Shown: piece by piece, positions 37,437-46,540 of the stretch
How the letters are laid out: each line of letters begins with the position of its first letter
Numbering within the stretch: the first letter of the stretch is position 1
Origin: a virus
DNA: 64,000 nt
IMG/VR virus record: IMGVR_UViG_3300048589_001082
Location: 36,465 to 100,464 of that record
Strand: one strand, 5' to 3'
Program-made: the position numbers and the translations under genes
The notes under the pieces: generated by a model
The model's database searches: none
What the model was told of the DNA's origin: nothing
What the model saw: only the letters and a program-made list of their open reading frames with translations

Positions 37437-37662
37437 TACGCAACTCCTCCTGTCGTTTGCTGTACCGGTCGAGGGTCAGCCGGGCGGCCTCGGCGGGCGT
37501 CCGGCCCATGTCCAGGTACGTCTGGTATATCCCCTGCACGGCCGCCTGCTGGGGTAGGTAGTCAGACCAGTCCTCCGGCGCGCCGAACAGCGCGTCGGCC
37601 TGGCCCGTCCGGTAGTTGTAGTACACGGCAACCTCAACGGTATTGCGGGTCGTCATGGTCAT
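37429..37662 (-). CDS. NYR-domain paralog 2
   Basis: YNYR...PEDWSDYLP...GRTPAEAA. Confidence 0.7.
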   Translation of the reverse strand: MTMTTRNTVEVAVYYNYRTGQADALFGAPEDWSDYLPQQAAVQGIYQTYLDMGRTPAEAARLTLDRYSKRQEELRNA

Positions 37663-37862
37663 GGCTCAATCTCCTGCGGCCGTCCTTCCGGCCACCACTC
37701 CCGGCCCCGGTAGATGACGTAGACGCAACGGCCGCCCTCCTCCACCACGGCGTGGGGCACGTCGCCGGTGTAGAGCCGCGTCCGCGCCCACTCGACGGCC
37801 TCGGCCTGGGTGTCGAAGTCCCCCTCCTCTTCCTCGAACTCCAGCAGCACAATGTGGTACAT
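37659..37862 (-). CDS. hypothetical protein
   Basis: MYHIVLL after GAGGA. Confidence 0.6.
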   Translation of the reverse strand: MYHIVLLEFEEEEGDFDTQAEAVEWARTRLYTGDVPHAVVEEGGRCVYVIYRGREWWPEGRPQEIEP

Positions 37863-37864
37863 GC

Positions 37865-38137
37865 TCAGTCCTCGGCCGCCAGCGCCGCGGCCCGCACGCG
37901 CCGGTCGCTGTAGTTGAATACCGGCAGGCCCAGCTCGTGGAACCGCTGGCCCATGTAAGACCGGCTTACGCCGTAGTGTCGCGCTAGACACGTCAGGTTG
38001 ACCCCCGTCAGGTGCGAGGCGTGGGCGCGGCGGATCGTCGCCTCATCCAGGAGCCGCGGCCGTCCGGCGCGGGCCTGGACGCGCGCGCCGTGGGTCACGG
38101 CCCGATCGATGACGGCCGTCAGGTCAGGCGGGGCCAT
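37865..38137 (-). CDS. HTH protein
   Basis: GRPR...GVNLTCLARHYGVSRS. Confidence 0.7.
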   Translation of the reverse strand: MAPPDLTAVIDRAVTHGARVQARAGRPRLLDEATIRRAHASHLTGVNLTCLARHYGVSRSYMGQRFHELGLPVFNYSDRRVRAAALAAED

Positions 38138-38345
38138 TGTTCAAGTCCGACTCGTAGGGTGTGTTTTCCGCGCTCAGCACCTTAAACGCCGCCTCGATGG
38201 GCGCGTCTCCGTGGGCCACGTAACGCTTGTAGAGGGCCGTATAGACGGGCGGAATGTAATCCATGTAATCCGCCGGCAACTTGGTCAGAAATTCCGTCTG
38301 CTTCGTCCGATAGTTCCAGGTCACATACAATCCGTTGTCACTCAC
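38124..38345 (-). CDS. NYR-domain paralog 3
   Basis: WNYR...PADYMDYIP...GDAPIEAA. Confidence 0.65.
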   Translation of the reverse strand: MSDNGLYVTWNYRTKQTEFLTKLPADYMDYIPPVYTALYKRYVAHGDAPIEAAFKVLSAENTPYESDLNNGPA

Positions 38346-39588
38346 CTTGTCTTTCTCCCGACGGCCGCGCGGCCGTCTTCGCTCCCAACAGTTCCTCAAA
38401 CAACACCTGCGCCCGGCGCAGACGCGCCGCGCTGGCATCCCCCCGCCCCACCAGCGGCGACGCCTCCGGCGCGTGGAAGCGCAGCGCCGCGCCCAGCACC
38501 CCGTTCAATAGGCCGCGCTCGACGCGGCTGAGCGACCGGCCCTCGGCCAGCCGCGCCCAGACGCGCGCCAGGCGCGGGAAGCGGTGGCTGACCGCGCGCC
38601 AGTCGGCCCAGGTCAATGCCCCCCGCGTCTGAATGGGCAGGGCGTAGGCGCGGGCCAGATGCGGCACGAGGCCGCGCTGCACGATGACCCGGTGCCGCGT
38701 CACGACACCGGCGTCGGAGATACGGCCGCCGGTCATCCGGGCCACCTGGGGCGACGGGATGCCCACCGCGACCGCCAGCACGAGAAAGGCGTCCAGCCCC
38801 ACCGTGCCGCGCCGGGCGAGATGGCCGTCGGCGATGCGGTAGACGCGGAAGCCGGGTCGGGTCGCCTCCGAGCGTAGCACCCGCCAGTTGTCCCACTTGA
38901 CCGCCGGCAGCCAGCCGCGGCGGATGTAGCGGTTGATGTCGATGTGGCTCACCCCGTGGTAGGCGGCGACCTCGCCCGGCGTCCACCAGGCGTCTGGCTG
39001 CCCGTCGGCGCACGTCCAGCGCTCACGCCGGCGCGCGACCAGGCGCCGCAGCTTCTCGTCGGTGATGCGCTCCGGCCGCTCGACCGAACGCCAGAAGTAG
39101 ACCCAGTTGGCGGGGTTGGTCGCCCAGGCGTAGAACGCCGCCCGGCGCGTCCGCCACATGAGCCGGTCGGACGACAGCGGGACCCGCTCGGCCCTTATCT
39201 CCCCGCGCTCGATGAGCTTGGCGACGGAGTGCTCGTCTATGCCCATCGACACGGCCATCTGCGTGCCCGTCACGAACTCCGGGTGTTTGGAGGCGGACGG
39301 TAGGCCGCGCCTGGTCTGCTGCGTCTCGACCGCCGAGGCCGTGCGCCCCAGACGCGCCGCCAGCTCGTCCACGCCCAGCACGCCCGACCACCGCGCCAGA
39401 TACGCCGCGTCGGCCGCCGTCCAGAGGTTGGCCGCGCCGACGGTCGGCCGCGCTGCGGTCGATCCGGCCGCGGCGATGGCCCGTGCCGCGCCGAACTGCC
39501 ACGCCGCGAGAACGGGATCGCGCCCGGCCTCCAGCGCCGCGTCGAGCACCACCCCGTCAAGCAGGGCGTCGAGGTCGAAGTCACTCAT
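38338..39588 (-). CDS. multi-HTH DNA-binding protein, paralog B
   Basis: FDLDALLDGVVL..AL.AGRDP; WWTPGEVAAYHGV; ADWR...HRFPRLAR.W, all shared with 35447-36730. Confidence 0.75.
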   Translation of the reverse strand: MSDFDLDALLDGVVLDAALEAGRDPVLAAWQFGAARAIAAAGSTAARPTVGAANLWTAADAAYLARWSGVLGVDELAARLGRTASAVETQQTRRGLPSASKHPEFVTGTQMAVSMGIDEHSVAKLIERGEIRAERVPLSSDRLMWRTRRAAFYAWATNPANWVYFWRSVERPERITDEKLRRLVARRRERWTCADGQPDAWWTPGEVAAYHGVSHIDINRYIRRGWLPAVKWDNWRVLRSEATRPGFRVYRIADGHLARRGTVGLDAFLVLAVAVGIPSPQVARMTGGRISDAGVVTRHRVIVQRGLVPHLARAYALPIQTRGALTWADWRAVSHRFPRLARVWARLAEGRSLSRVERGLLNGVLGAALRFHAPEASPLVGRGDASAARLRRAQVLFEELLGAKTAARPSGERQGE

Positions 39589-40649
39589 ACGGCCGTCTCC
39601 TCCGCCTGCGCCTTCACCGCTCCCACCAACCGCCCCAACAGCGCGGCTCCCTGGCACAGCTCGCACACCCTGGGGATGGGCGGGCCGTCGCGCCGGGCGC
39701 AGGCGGCGCACGTCTCGGCCGCCGCTCGCTCGACGATCTCCCACGCCGGGATGACGTCGGCCCCGGCCGGGCGCACGGCGCACCCCCGGCACATGGCCTC
39801 GGCCGCCGCGCCGATGGTCGCCGTCACCGCCCGGCGCGCGCCCGCGCCGTAGGCCACCAGCGGCACAGGATGGGCCACTGTGCCGTTGCGGCCGGGCGAC
39901 CCGCCCGGCCCCCCTACCCCATTGGCTCCGGGCACGGCCGCAGCGCGCCCGGCGTGGCGCCGGCGGCCCTCCTCCAGCGCCTCGGCCTTGCGGGCGATCT
40001 CCTCGGCCGTCCGGTCGCACGCCCGCAGCGACGCCTGCAACCCCAGCCCGTGCCGGGCCAACTTCTCGGCCAGCGGCACGCGGGCCTCCGGCGGCAGCAC
40101 GTATAGCTTCTCGGCCAGACGGCCGTCCTTGGACAGATGGCCCAGGGCCACGAGGCTCTGAATCTCCGGCTCCAGCTTCAGCCACGCCAGCCGGCCGTTG
40201 ATGGTCGGCAGCGACTTGCCCGTCTCGCGGGCGATGCGCAGCCGCGCCCAGCCGTGGTCGATGAGACCCTGGTAGACGCGGGCCTCGTCGATGGGGTTGA
40301 GGTCTTCGCGGTGGAGGTTCTCCAGCGCCTGGCGCACCAGCCGTTCATCGGCCGCGCGCGCCGGGGCGACGACGGCCGGGATGGTTTCCCGCCCGGCCAA
40401 CTTCGACGCCCGCCAGCGCCGCTCGCCGTGGTGAATGCGGTAGCGGCCGTCGGGCGTCTCTTCAACCTCGATGGGCTGGATGACGCCGTGCTGCCGGATG
40501 CTCTCGGCCAACGCCGCCAGCGCCGCCTCATCGAAGTGGGTGCGCGGCTGGGCCGGGTCGCGGTCGATGAGCGCGACGGGGATATGGAGGGCCTCAATGG
40601 CCCCTTCGGCCTCGATGGCCTGCGGCTGAATTGGTTGTGTGTTACTCAT
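39585..40649 (-). CDS. parB: ParB/RepB/Spo0J-family protein
   Basis: QPRTHFDEAAL..LAESIRQHGVIQPI; GERRWRA; ENLHREDLNPIDEA. Confidence 0.9.
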   Translation of the reverse strand: MSNTQPIQPQAIEAEGAIEALHIPVALIDRDPAQPRTHFDEAALAALAESIRQHGVIQPIEVEETPDGRYRIHHGERRWRASKLAGRETIPAVVAPARAADERLVRQALENLHREDLNPIDEARVYQGLIDHGWARLRIARETGKSLPTINGRLAWLKLEPEIQSLVALGHLSKDGRLAEKLYVLPPEARVPLAEKLARHGLGLQASLRACDRTAEEIARKAEALEEGRRRHAGRAAAVPGANGVGGPGGSPGRNGTVAHPVPLVAYGAGARRAVTATIGAAAEAMCRGCAVRPAGADVIPAWEIVERAAAETCAACARRDGPPIPRVCELCQGAALLGRLVGAVKAQAEETAV

Positions 40650-41335
40650 GATGTTTGTCCCTGGTCGGCCGCGACTTCTTCTAGCCCGTCCACCTCGATC
40701 ATCCAGTCCGTGACTGCCCTTCGCCCACGGTCGCGCACCCGGCGCACGTGCAGGTGCAGTGGGCCGTCCGCGCCCTTGTCAAGCGAGACGAACCAGGACA
40801 CTGAGTCGCATCCGGCGGCTACTGGCTCGCGCCAATACAGACTCCACAGCGGAGTGTGTTCGGTGCTGCGCCACGCCAAATCGCGCTCCGGGGTAAAGCT
40901 CTTATCCACCAGCACCGGAACGCCTCCGAAGCGTGTGACGGTGAGTGAGGCCGAAAGCGCCGCGCCCTCACTCTGCTCATCGAGGTGTGTCAGCCTCTTA
41001 ATCAGATCGCCAATTAGCGCATGGATGCCCATGAACGCATCGGCTACGCGCTCGATGGGTTCATGGGGCGCCCGACTCTCACCTCGCGATGGTGCCGGCT
41101 GTTCTCCTGCGCTAAGCTCCAGTCCGGCGGCCGAATCGCTCTGCCGGCTCCAGGTTTCGCCGTCAGTAGTGAAAATGGCTACCGGGGCAGTGCCGCGATA
41201 GAACACAGCGGCATCAAGGTGTTTACCGTTCTCGTGCCGGATATATCGAATATCCAATGGTCTCTCGTACCCTGCTGCGACCAACCGTTCTCTCAGTTGG
41301 CGCTGCAACGCTATGTCGCTTTGGCGTGCCATCAT
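40646..41335 (-). CDS. hypothetical protein (5' part lower GC)
   Basis: GAGGG RBS, MMARQSD. Confidence 0.65.
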   Translation of the reverse strand: MMARQSDIALQRQLRERLVAAGYERPLDIRYIRHENGKHLDAAVFYRGTAPVAIFTTDGETWSRQSDSAAGLELSAGEQPAPSRGESRAPHEPIERVADAFMGIHALIGDLIKRLTHLDEQSEGAALSASLTVTRFGGVPVLVDKSFTPERDLAWRSTEHTPLWSLYWREPVAAGCDSVSWFVSLDKGADGPLHLHVRRVRDRGRRAVTDWMIEVDGLEEVAADQGQTS

Positions 41336-41357
41336 TCCCTCGCGTCTCTCTAAATTC

Positions 41358-41969
41358 CTAAAACAACGCCAGTTGCACCGGCACGCCGCGGCCGGCAATG
41401 GCTTCTTTCGGCACAGACAGGAACAGCACCAGTGGCTCGGCTTCAACCGTCTCGGATACAGTCGCCACGGCCGCCGTCAGCGTCCGCGCCGCCCCGTCCG
41501 GCTCGATCACCGCCAGTTTGTGACCCGCAGCCAGCAGCCGGGCGAAGTAGTTCTCGCCGGCGTGCGCGGGAAAGCCGGTCATGGGCATACGCTGCCCCTG
41601 CCCCAACGGCCGGCTGGTCAATACCACGTCTAGCGCCGCGGCCGTCAGGATGGCGTCGTCGTTGAACGTCTCGTAGAAGTCGCCTAACCGGACGAAGCAC
41701 AGCGCCTCGCGCTGCTCCGCCTTGACGCGGATATGGGTTTCCACTGCCCAGGACAGCGTACCGGGCACGGTCTGGGTGACGAGGGCGACGCTCTCCCCCT
41801 GCCCCTCGGCCTGAGTTGCGGCCTCCTCGGCCGCCTTCCGCCGCGCCGCGTGGAAGGCCACGAACGGCCCGCTGTGGCCCGACGGCCGCTTGCACCAGCC
41901 GCCGGCCTTTGCCCCGCAGGAGGGGCAAGCGACGGCCATGTAGGGATGTTTGAAATTGTCACTAGTCAT
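41358..41969 (-). CDS. Zn-finger + MutS domain I protein
   Basis: CPSC.A.AG..C.....FHAAR; RLGDFYETF.DDA...LTSR...MTGFP.H; C-terminal QLALF. Confidence 0.85.
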   Translation of the reverse strand: MTSDNFKHPYMAVACPSCGAKAGGWCKRPSGHSGPFVAFHAARRKAAEEAATQAEGQGESVALVTQTVPGTLSWAVETHIRVKAEQREALCFVRLGDFYETFNDDAILTAAALDVVLTSRPLGQGQRMPMTGFPAHAGENYFARLLAAGHKLAVIEPDGAARTLTAAVATVSETVEAEPLVLFLSVPKEAIAGRGVPVQLALF

Positions 41970-42005
41970 TGATTTCTCCGTTGTCGGTTGTCGGCCTTGT
42001 GACTG

Positions 42006-42338
42006 TTACCACTCTACCCAGAACGCGGCCTGACGGATACCGTCAACAACGCGCCCGAAGTGCCTGAGGTAGTGGTTGACGATCTCCTGTTGCCACGGCT
42101 CCGCATCCTCCAGCCAATCCTCCTTTATGGTGATGTAGCAACCGTTATGAACCTGCTCCATGTCGAGGACAAAGTGCCAGAAGTCCCGGTAGGGAGCGGT
42201 TGCGTCATGGCCGCCATCGTCATACCTGCGGGCATAGTCACGCTCGTCATAGCCGTACTTGACTTCGAGCCAGTCCCGGCACTCGTTGTAGTCGTAAGCC
42301 CGTCTGGTTTTGGGCCGGGGCTTTTTCAACTCACTCAT
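42006..42338 (-). CDS. hypothetical phage protein
   Basis: PYRDFWHF...NG. Confidence 0.7.
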   Translation of the reverse strand: MSELKKPRPKTRRAYDYNECRDWLEVKYGYDERDYARRYDDGGHDATAPYRDFWHFVLDMEQVHNGCYITIKEDWLEDAEPWQQEIVNHYLRHFGRVVDGIRQAAFWVEW

Positions 42339-43335
42339 GACCCACCTCCAAACCCGTCGAATTCGACGGGTTTACCCAGCCGTGCCCACCGGCCAGCTTC
42401 CCGGCCAGATGAGCGAACAGCCCGTCGAACGTCACCCCGTAGAGCGACGCCAAGACGGCCAGGTAGTAGGCCACGTCGGCCAGTTCATCAATGACGGCCG
42501 CGTTGTCGCGCACCGTGCCCGGCTTGAAAAGTTGCTTCTTGATAAGGTCGGCCACCTCGCCTGCCTCGCCAACCAGGCCCAGCACGGCGGGAAGGAGCTG
42601 CGCGGTGAAGGAGCCGCCGGCCGCGCCCCACGTCGCCAGCACTTGCCGCTGGTAGGCGTCAGGTGCGGCGTCCGGCGTGGCCCATGACGGCGGGCTGACC
42701 TCCTCCACGATGTCCCATAGCGTGCTGCCCTTCACCGTCAGGCCGCGCTTCGGGCCGGGTGGGCCGATAAGCTCCAGAAACAACTGGCCGTGCTTCAGGC
42801 GCGGGCTAAGCGCCGGGCCGGCGAAGCCCTTGACCCAACGGCCGTCGCCGGGCCGAACGTCGAGCGCCGCTTCCATCGCCCTGACCAATGCTCCATCATG
42901 CGTCCACGCCCGGTAGGTCGAGGCGAGGCGCACCGGGCGGCCGTCGGCCGTCTCGCCGCGCAACGTCACCCGGAAGAGGCGGGGTGGCAGACAATCCTGC
43001 GAAGGCGCGGGGCCGCCGGCGGCTAACGGCAACTCCGGCGCGCCGGTCAGCCGGGCCACGCGCACTGGGTCGGCCTCGGTCACGACATCGCTCAATTGCG
43101 CGTGGCCGGTTACGAACAGGCCACGTTCGCACAGGTCGAAGACCAGCGAACGCGGGCCGGGATAGCCGTCCCCCTCCGGGTAGCGCCACCCAATGGCGCT
43201 CCAGTCAGGGTAGTCGAACTCGGCCGCCACGGCCTTCTTCACCGCCAGCTCCTCGTTGCGGGCCTGCACGGTCTCGTTGACCTCGCGCGGCTTGTTTTCG
43301 TAGTAGCCCTTGATACCCACGTCGAACCATCTCAT
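42331..43335 (-). CDS. protein with C-terminal MazG-like NTP pyrophosphohydrolase domain
   Basis: YQ...LGLVGEAGEVADLIKK...DELADVAYY. Confidence 0.8.
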   Translation of the reverse strand: MRWFDVGIKGYYENKPREVNETVQARNEELAVKKAVAAEFDYPDWSAIGWRYPEGDGYPGPRSLVFDLCERGLFVTGHAQLSDVVTEADPVRVARLTGAPELPLAAGGPAPSQDCLPPRLFRVTLRGETADGRPVRLASTYRAWTHDGALVRAMEAALDVRPGDGRWVKGFAGPALSPRLKHGQLFLELIGPPGPKRGLTVKGSTLWDIVEEVSPPSWATPDAAPDAYQRQVLATWGAAGGSFTAQLLPAVLGLVGEAGEVADLIKKQLFKPGTVRDNAAVIDELADVAYYLAVLASLYGVTFDGLFAHLAGKLAGGHGWVNPSNSTGLEVGHE

Positions 43336-43346
43336 CTCGCGCCTCC

Positions 43347-43844
43347 CTACTCTTCAACCCTCGGCCGCCAGCCCAGCACACCCTTCAGCGTCTCGTAATG
43401 CCGGTCGCGCCAACGGCCGTGGGCCTCCGGCACAATGCCCGGAACCCACTGGGCGACGAGCAGTACATCCACATCCGTCTCGTCCGCCGGCCTGCGGTTC
43501 GTCACGAACGCCTGTCGGGCGATCTGGCCCTCCAGTTGAGCTATCTTGGCGTCGGCCGCCTCGATCCGGGCCACAATGTCGTCTGTCGTCGCCTCATTAG
43601 GCAGACCGAGGTCGGTTTTGATCCGGTCGAACGCGGCCCACAAACGCGCGTTCTCGGCCTCGGCAAATTCAAGGCGCGTCTCCGTCACGGCCAACGCCGC
43701 TCCTCTCTCGGCCTCGACCGCCTCAACGCGACGACTCAGATGCACAATGCAGTTATCCTTGTAAAAGTGCTGAACCTGCCCGCGCTCCTCTACGAAATGG
43801 CCTTCGGTGCCGCCACAGTGGACACAGATGTTGTTCGTGTCCAT
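43347..43844 (-). CDS. hypothetical coiled-coil protein
   Basis: TGATG-coupled MDTNNIC. Confidence 0.65.
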   Translation of the reverse strand: MDTNNICVHCGGTEGHFVEERGQVQHFYKDNCIVHLSRRVEAVEAERGAALAVTETRLEFAEAENARLWAAFDRIKTDLGLPNEATTDDIVARIEAADAKIAQLEGQIARQAFVTNRRPADETDVDVLLVAQWVPGIVPEAHGRWRDRHYETLKGVLGWRPRVEE

Positions 43845-44056
43845 CAGGCCGTCTCCCGCCCGGCCAGGCGCTCGGCCGCCGCGATCCGGTGGCGCAGGGC
43901 GCTGACCTCGTGCTCGGCGCGGGTCACAGCGTCCTGCTCGGCCGCGCACCCGCTATGGTCGCTGTTGAGCATGCACGTCGAGTACGCTTCCTTTGCCCGG
44001 CGCAGCGCCGCCGCGGCCTTGTCCAATGACTTTCTGAGCTGCTTGATGTTGTCCAT
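43844..44056 (-). CDS. hypothetical protein
   Basis: MDNIKQL after GAGGG. Confidence 0.6.
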   Translation of the reverse strand: MDNIKQLRKSLDKAAAALRRAKEAYSTCMLNSDHSGCAAEQDAVTRAEHEVSALRHRIAAAERLAGRETA

Positions 44057-44188
44057 TGTTCGTTCCCTCGCTCTACCTGTGCCGCCCGGCCGCCGGTGTT
44101 GGGTCTGTCCCCAACGCTGAAGGTCGGTTTCGTCGTTGCCCCCGTCACGGGTCGGGCAGCGGGCCTTCCCTTGCAAGTGGCGTGGGGC

Positions 44189-44413
44189 TTACCGCCCCGC
44201 CTCCGCATCGTGCATGTCCATCAGGTCGAAGATGTCGGCCGTCTTGTTCTCAACGGTTTCCCACACGCCCTCGATGACCTTGGGCTTGACCAGTCGCGCC
44301 ACCAGCCAGTCGTGGGCCAGATACAACTCCTCGACCCGCGCGCCTGCGGTGCGCTGGTTGAACGCCAGCAGTTCGTTGATGGCGTCCTGGACGATCTGGG
44401 TCTGCTGCTTCAC
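44189..44413 (-). CDS. hypothetical protein
   Basis: GTGA-coupled. Confidence 0.55.
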   Translation of the reverse strand: MKQQTQIVQDAINELLAFNQRTAGARVEELYLAHDWLVARLVKPKVIEGVWETVENKTADIFDLMDMHDAEAGR

Positions 44414-44583
44414 AGCGCCACCAGCGCCACGGCCAGAACGATCCAGATGATGAGCGTCCAGAAGCCCGACGCCTTAAACAGATGGCCCAACGGCCGCACC
44501 GGCTGGCCCAACATGACCATGAGCACGGCCGCCAGGGGGAATATTCCCAGGGGCGACGTTAGCCAAAACAGAAACGGGTTCAT
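44410..44583 (-). CDS. 57-aa two-TM membrane peptide (below ORF-track cutoff)
   Basis: MNPFLFWLTSPLGIFPLAAVLMVMLG...FWTLIIWIVLAVALVAL; AAGGAAGG RBS. Confidence 0.6.
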   Translation of the reverse strand: MNPFLFWLTSPLGIFPLAAVLMVMLGQPVRPLGHLFKASGFWTLIIWIVLAVALVAL

Positions 44584-44645
44584 TGCTCTACCTTCCTTAA
44601 CTTGCTGTATACTGCGTTGCAGGCGGGAGGCTCTACCCCCGCCCG

Positions 44646-44674
44646 GCCCCCGGTCGTCGTGAGCGACTGGGGGC
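44646..44674. repeat. hairpin repeat, copy 1
   Basis: GCCCCCGGTCG-TCGTGAG-CGACTGGGGGC. Confidence 0.85.
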
Positions 44675-44678
44675 TAAT

Positions 44679-46478
44679 TCATTGCAGCGTCGCTATCACG
44701 CGACGCATGATCATCTTCGCCACGGGCGGGGTGACGGCATTGCCGAACTGCCTCACCTGGTCGCGCTTGTTGCCCAGCACCCGATAAGATGCCGGGAAGG
44801 CCATTCCACGGCCGACCTCGTGCGGTTGCAGCATCCTGAAGCCGCAGTCCTCGACGGCCGGCGGCGTGGACGGGAAGACCAGCCCGGCGTTGTTCTGCGT
44901 GTGCAGCGTCAACAGCGGCTCGGTCGTGGCGTGCGGCGGGCCGTCGCCATTGGCGTAACCGACGTAGAACGGCATGGGCGTGACCAGCGCGTGGTGATCC
45001 GACGCGGTAATGGCCCCGGCCGGCTCGACGGCCGACCGCGCGTAGCCGGGCGAGTAGTTGACCGCCAGGAACGGCATGGGCATGACGACGGCGTGCCGGT
45101 CAGTGGCCGTGATGGTCGGAACCGGCTCGACGGTCACGTCGCTATCCCCACCCTGGCCGTAGTAGCTGGTCAGGAACGGCGTCAGCACGCCGAAGCTCTC
45201 CGTGGCCGTCTGCGTCGGCAAGGGAGAAGTCACGGCGCGGGCCTCGTCGCGGTTCTGACGGCCGCCCAGGGCCATGAGCATGGGCATCAGCAGCCCGACG
45301 TGGTTCCCGGCCGCGGCGAACGTCGGCAGTGGGCCATCCGTCGCTGGCTCGCTGCCGCCGTTGTTCCTGAGCGTCACGATCTGCGGCATGAGCACGCCGT
45401 ACTTGTTGGCCGTGGTCTGCGTCCCGGCCGCCTCCGTCACCGGGACGGTGCGGTCGTCGTAGTAGTTGGTGCTGACCAGTTGTGGCGCGACCATGGCGAC
45501 CGTTTGCTGCGCGGTCTGGGTCATAAGCGGATGGGCCAGCATCGGCCGCGGCGACCGCTCGTCATCGCTATAGGCCATGTCCATCACCAGCCAGGTGTTG
45601 CCGTACTTGGCCAGTCCCTTGCGGATGCGCTCCATCGTGCGCTCTTTGAGCGGCCTGTCCCGGTCGCCGATGCGCTCGGCCGGCAACGACCAGTCGATGG
45701 CGTTCCAGGCGGCGAAGTGGTAGGGCGTGACCTCGGCCGCGCAGCGCGGGCAACGGTAGACGTACTGCTGCTTGTAGCGCCCCCACTTACGACCAGGCTT
45801 CTTCCACGACTGCACCGCCTCCGCGTCGGCCGCGCATCCCGCGCACCACGCCCGCGGCCGAAACTCCAGATCGGGGGCGAGGTTACCCTTCTTCCAGAAG
45901 ACGATGTAAATGCGATCCCGGCTCTGTGGGGCGAAGTCGTGGGCGTCACGCACGGCCGCCGGGTCGAGTTGGGCGAACATCGAGTTGAAGTAAACCTCCT
46001 TATGGTCGTACCCCAACAGGGTCATGGCGTGCAGCCAGGCATCGTATAGACGCCAGTGACGCACCTCGATGACGTTCTCGACAATGATCACTTCGTAGTC
46101 GTGGTACTCGGCAAAACGCGGCACGTCAAACATTGTCACCCGGCTGCGCTCGTCGGCCGGGTCGATGACGGCCGCGCCGAACAACTCGCGCTGGGCGTCG
46201 TCGCGGCGCTTTTTCCCCTTGGCCACCGTGTGATTGGTGCATTCCGGCGAGGCCCACAAGACCGTTGTCGAGCGGTAGCGGCGCGGGTCGGTCGAGGACA
46301 CGTCTACGCAGTCATGGGCCGTATCCGGGAAGTTGGCGTTGTGGCTCTCGACCGCCAGCCGCCAGTGGTTCAGCGCCAGGGTGATCTCCACGTCATCGGA
46401 GGCGTGATGCATCCCCAGTGACGAGCCGCCCGCGCCGCAGAAGAGATCGGTGACAGACAGGGTGCTTTTGGTCATCAT
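44679..46478 (-). CDS. dcm: C5-cytosine DNA methyltransferase with repeat-expanded variable region
   Basis: DLFCGAGG; WASPEC; VENV; PQSRDRIY; RMLQPHE; QFGNAVTPP. Confidence 0.95.
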   Translation of the reverse strand: MMTKSTLSVTDLFCGAGGSSLGMHHASDDVEITLALNHWRLAVESHNANFPDTAHDCVDVSSTDPRRYRSTTVLWASPECTNHTVAKGKKRRDDAQRELFGAAVIDPADERSRVTMFDVPRFAEYHDYEVIIVENVIEVRHWRLYDAWLHAMTLLGYDHKEVYFNSMFAQLDPAAVRDAHDFAPQSRDRIYIVFWKKGNLAPDLEFRPRAWCAGCAADAEAVQSWKKPGRKWGRYKQQYVYRCPRCAAEVTPYHFAAWNAIDWSLPAERIGDRDRPLKERTMERIRKGLAKYGNTWLVMDMAYSDDERSPRPMLAHPLMTQTAQQTVAMVAPQLVSTNYYDDRTVPVTEAAGTQTTANKYGVLMPQIVTLRNNGGSEPATDGPLPTFAAAGNHVGLLMPMLMALGGRQNRDEARAVTSPLPTQTATESFGVLTPFLTSYYGQGGDSDVTVEPVPTITATDRHAVVMPMPFLAVNYSPGYARSAVEPAGAITASDHHALVTPMPFYVGYANGDGPPHATTEPLLTLHTQNNAGLVFPSTPPAVEDCGFRMLQPHEVGRGMAFPASYRVLGNKRDQVRQFGNAVTPPVAKMIMRRVIATLQ

Positions 46479-46491
46479 TCTCCTCATCACA

Positions 46492-46520
46492 AGCCCCGGT
46501 CGTCGTGAGCGACCGGGGCT
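46492..46520. repeat. hairpin repeat, copy 2
   Basis: AGCCCCGGTCG-TCGTGAG-CGACCGGGGCT. Confidence 0.85.
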
Positions 46521-46540
46521 ATTACTTTGTTGGGTGATGG

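Noticed and set aside
16371-46478. Methyltransferases as restriction-modification systems
   Set aside because: No cognate endonuclease is recognisable next to any of them; orphan MTases are common in phages.
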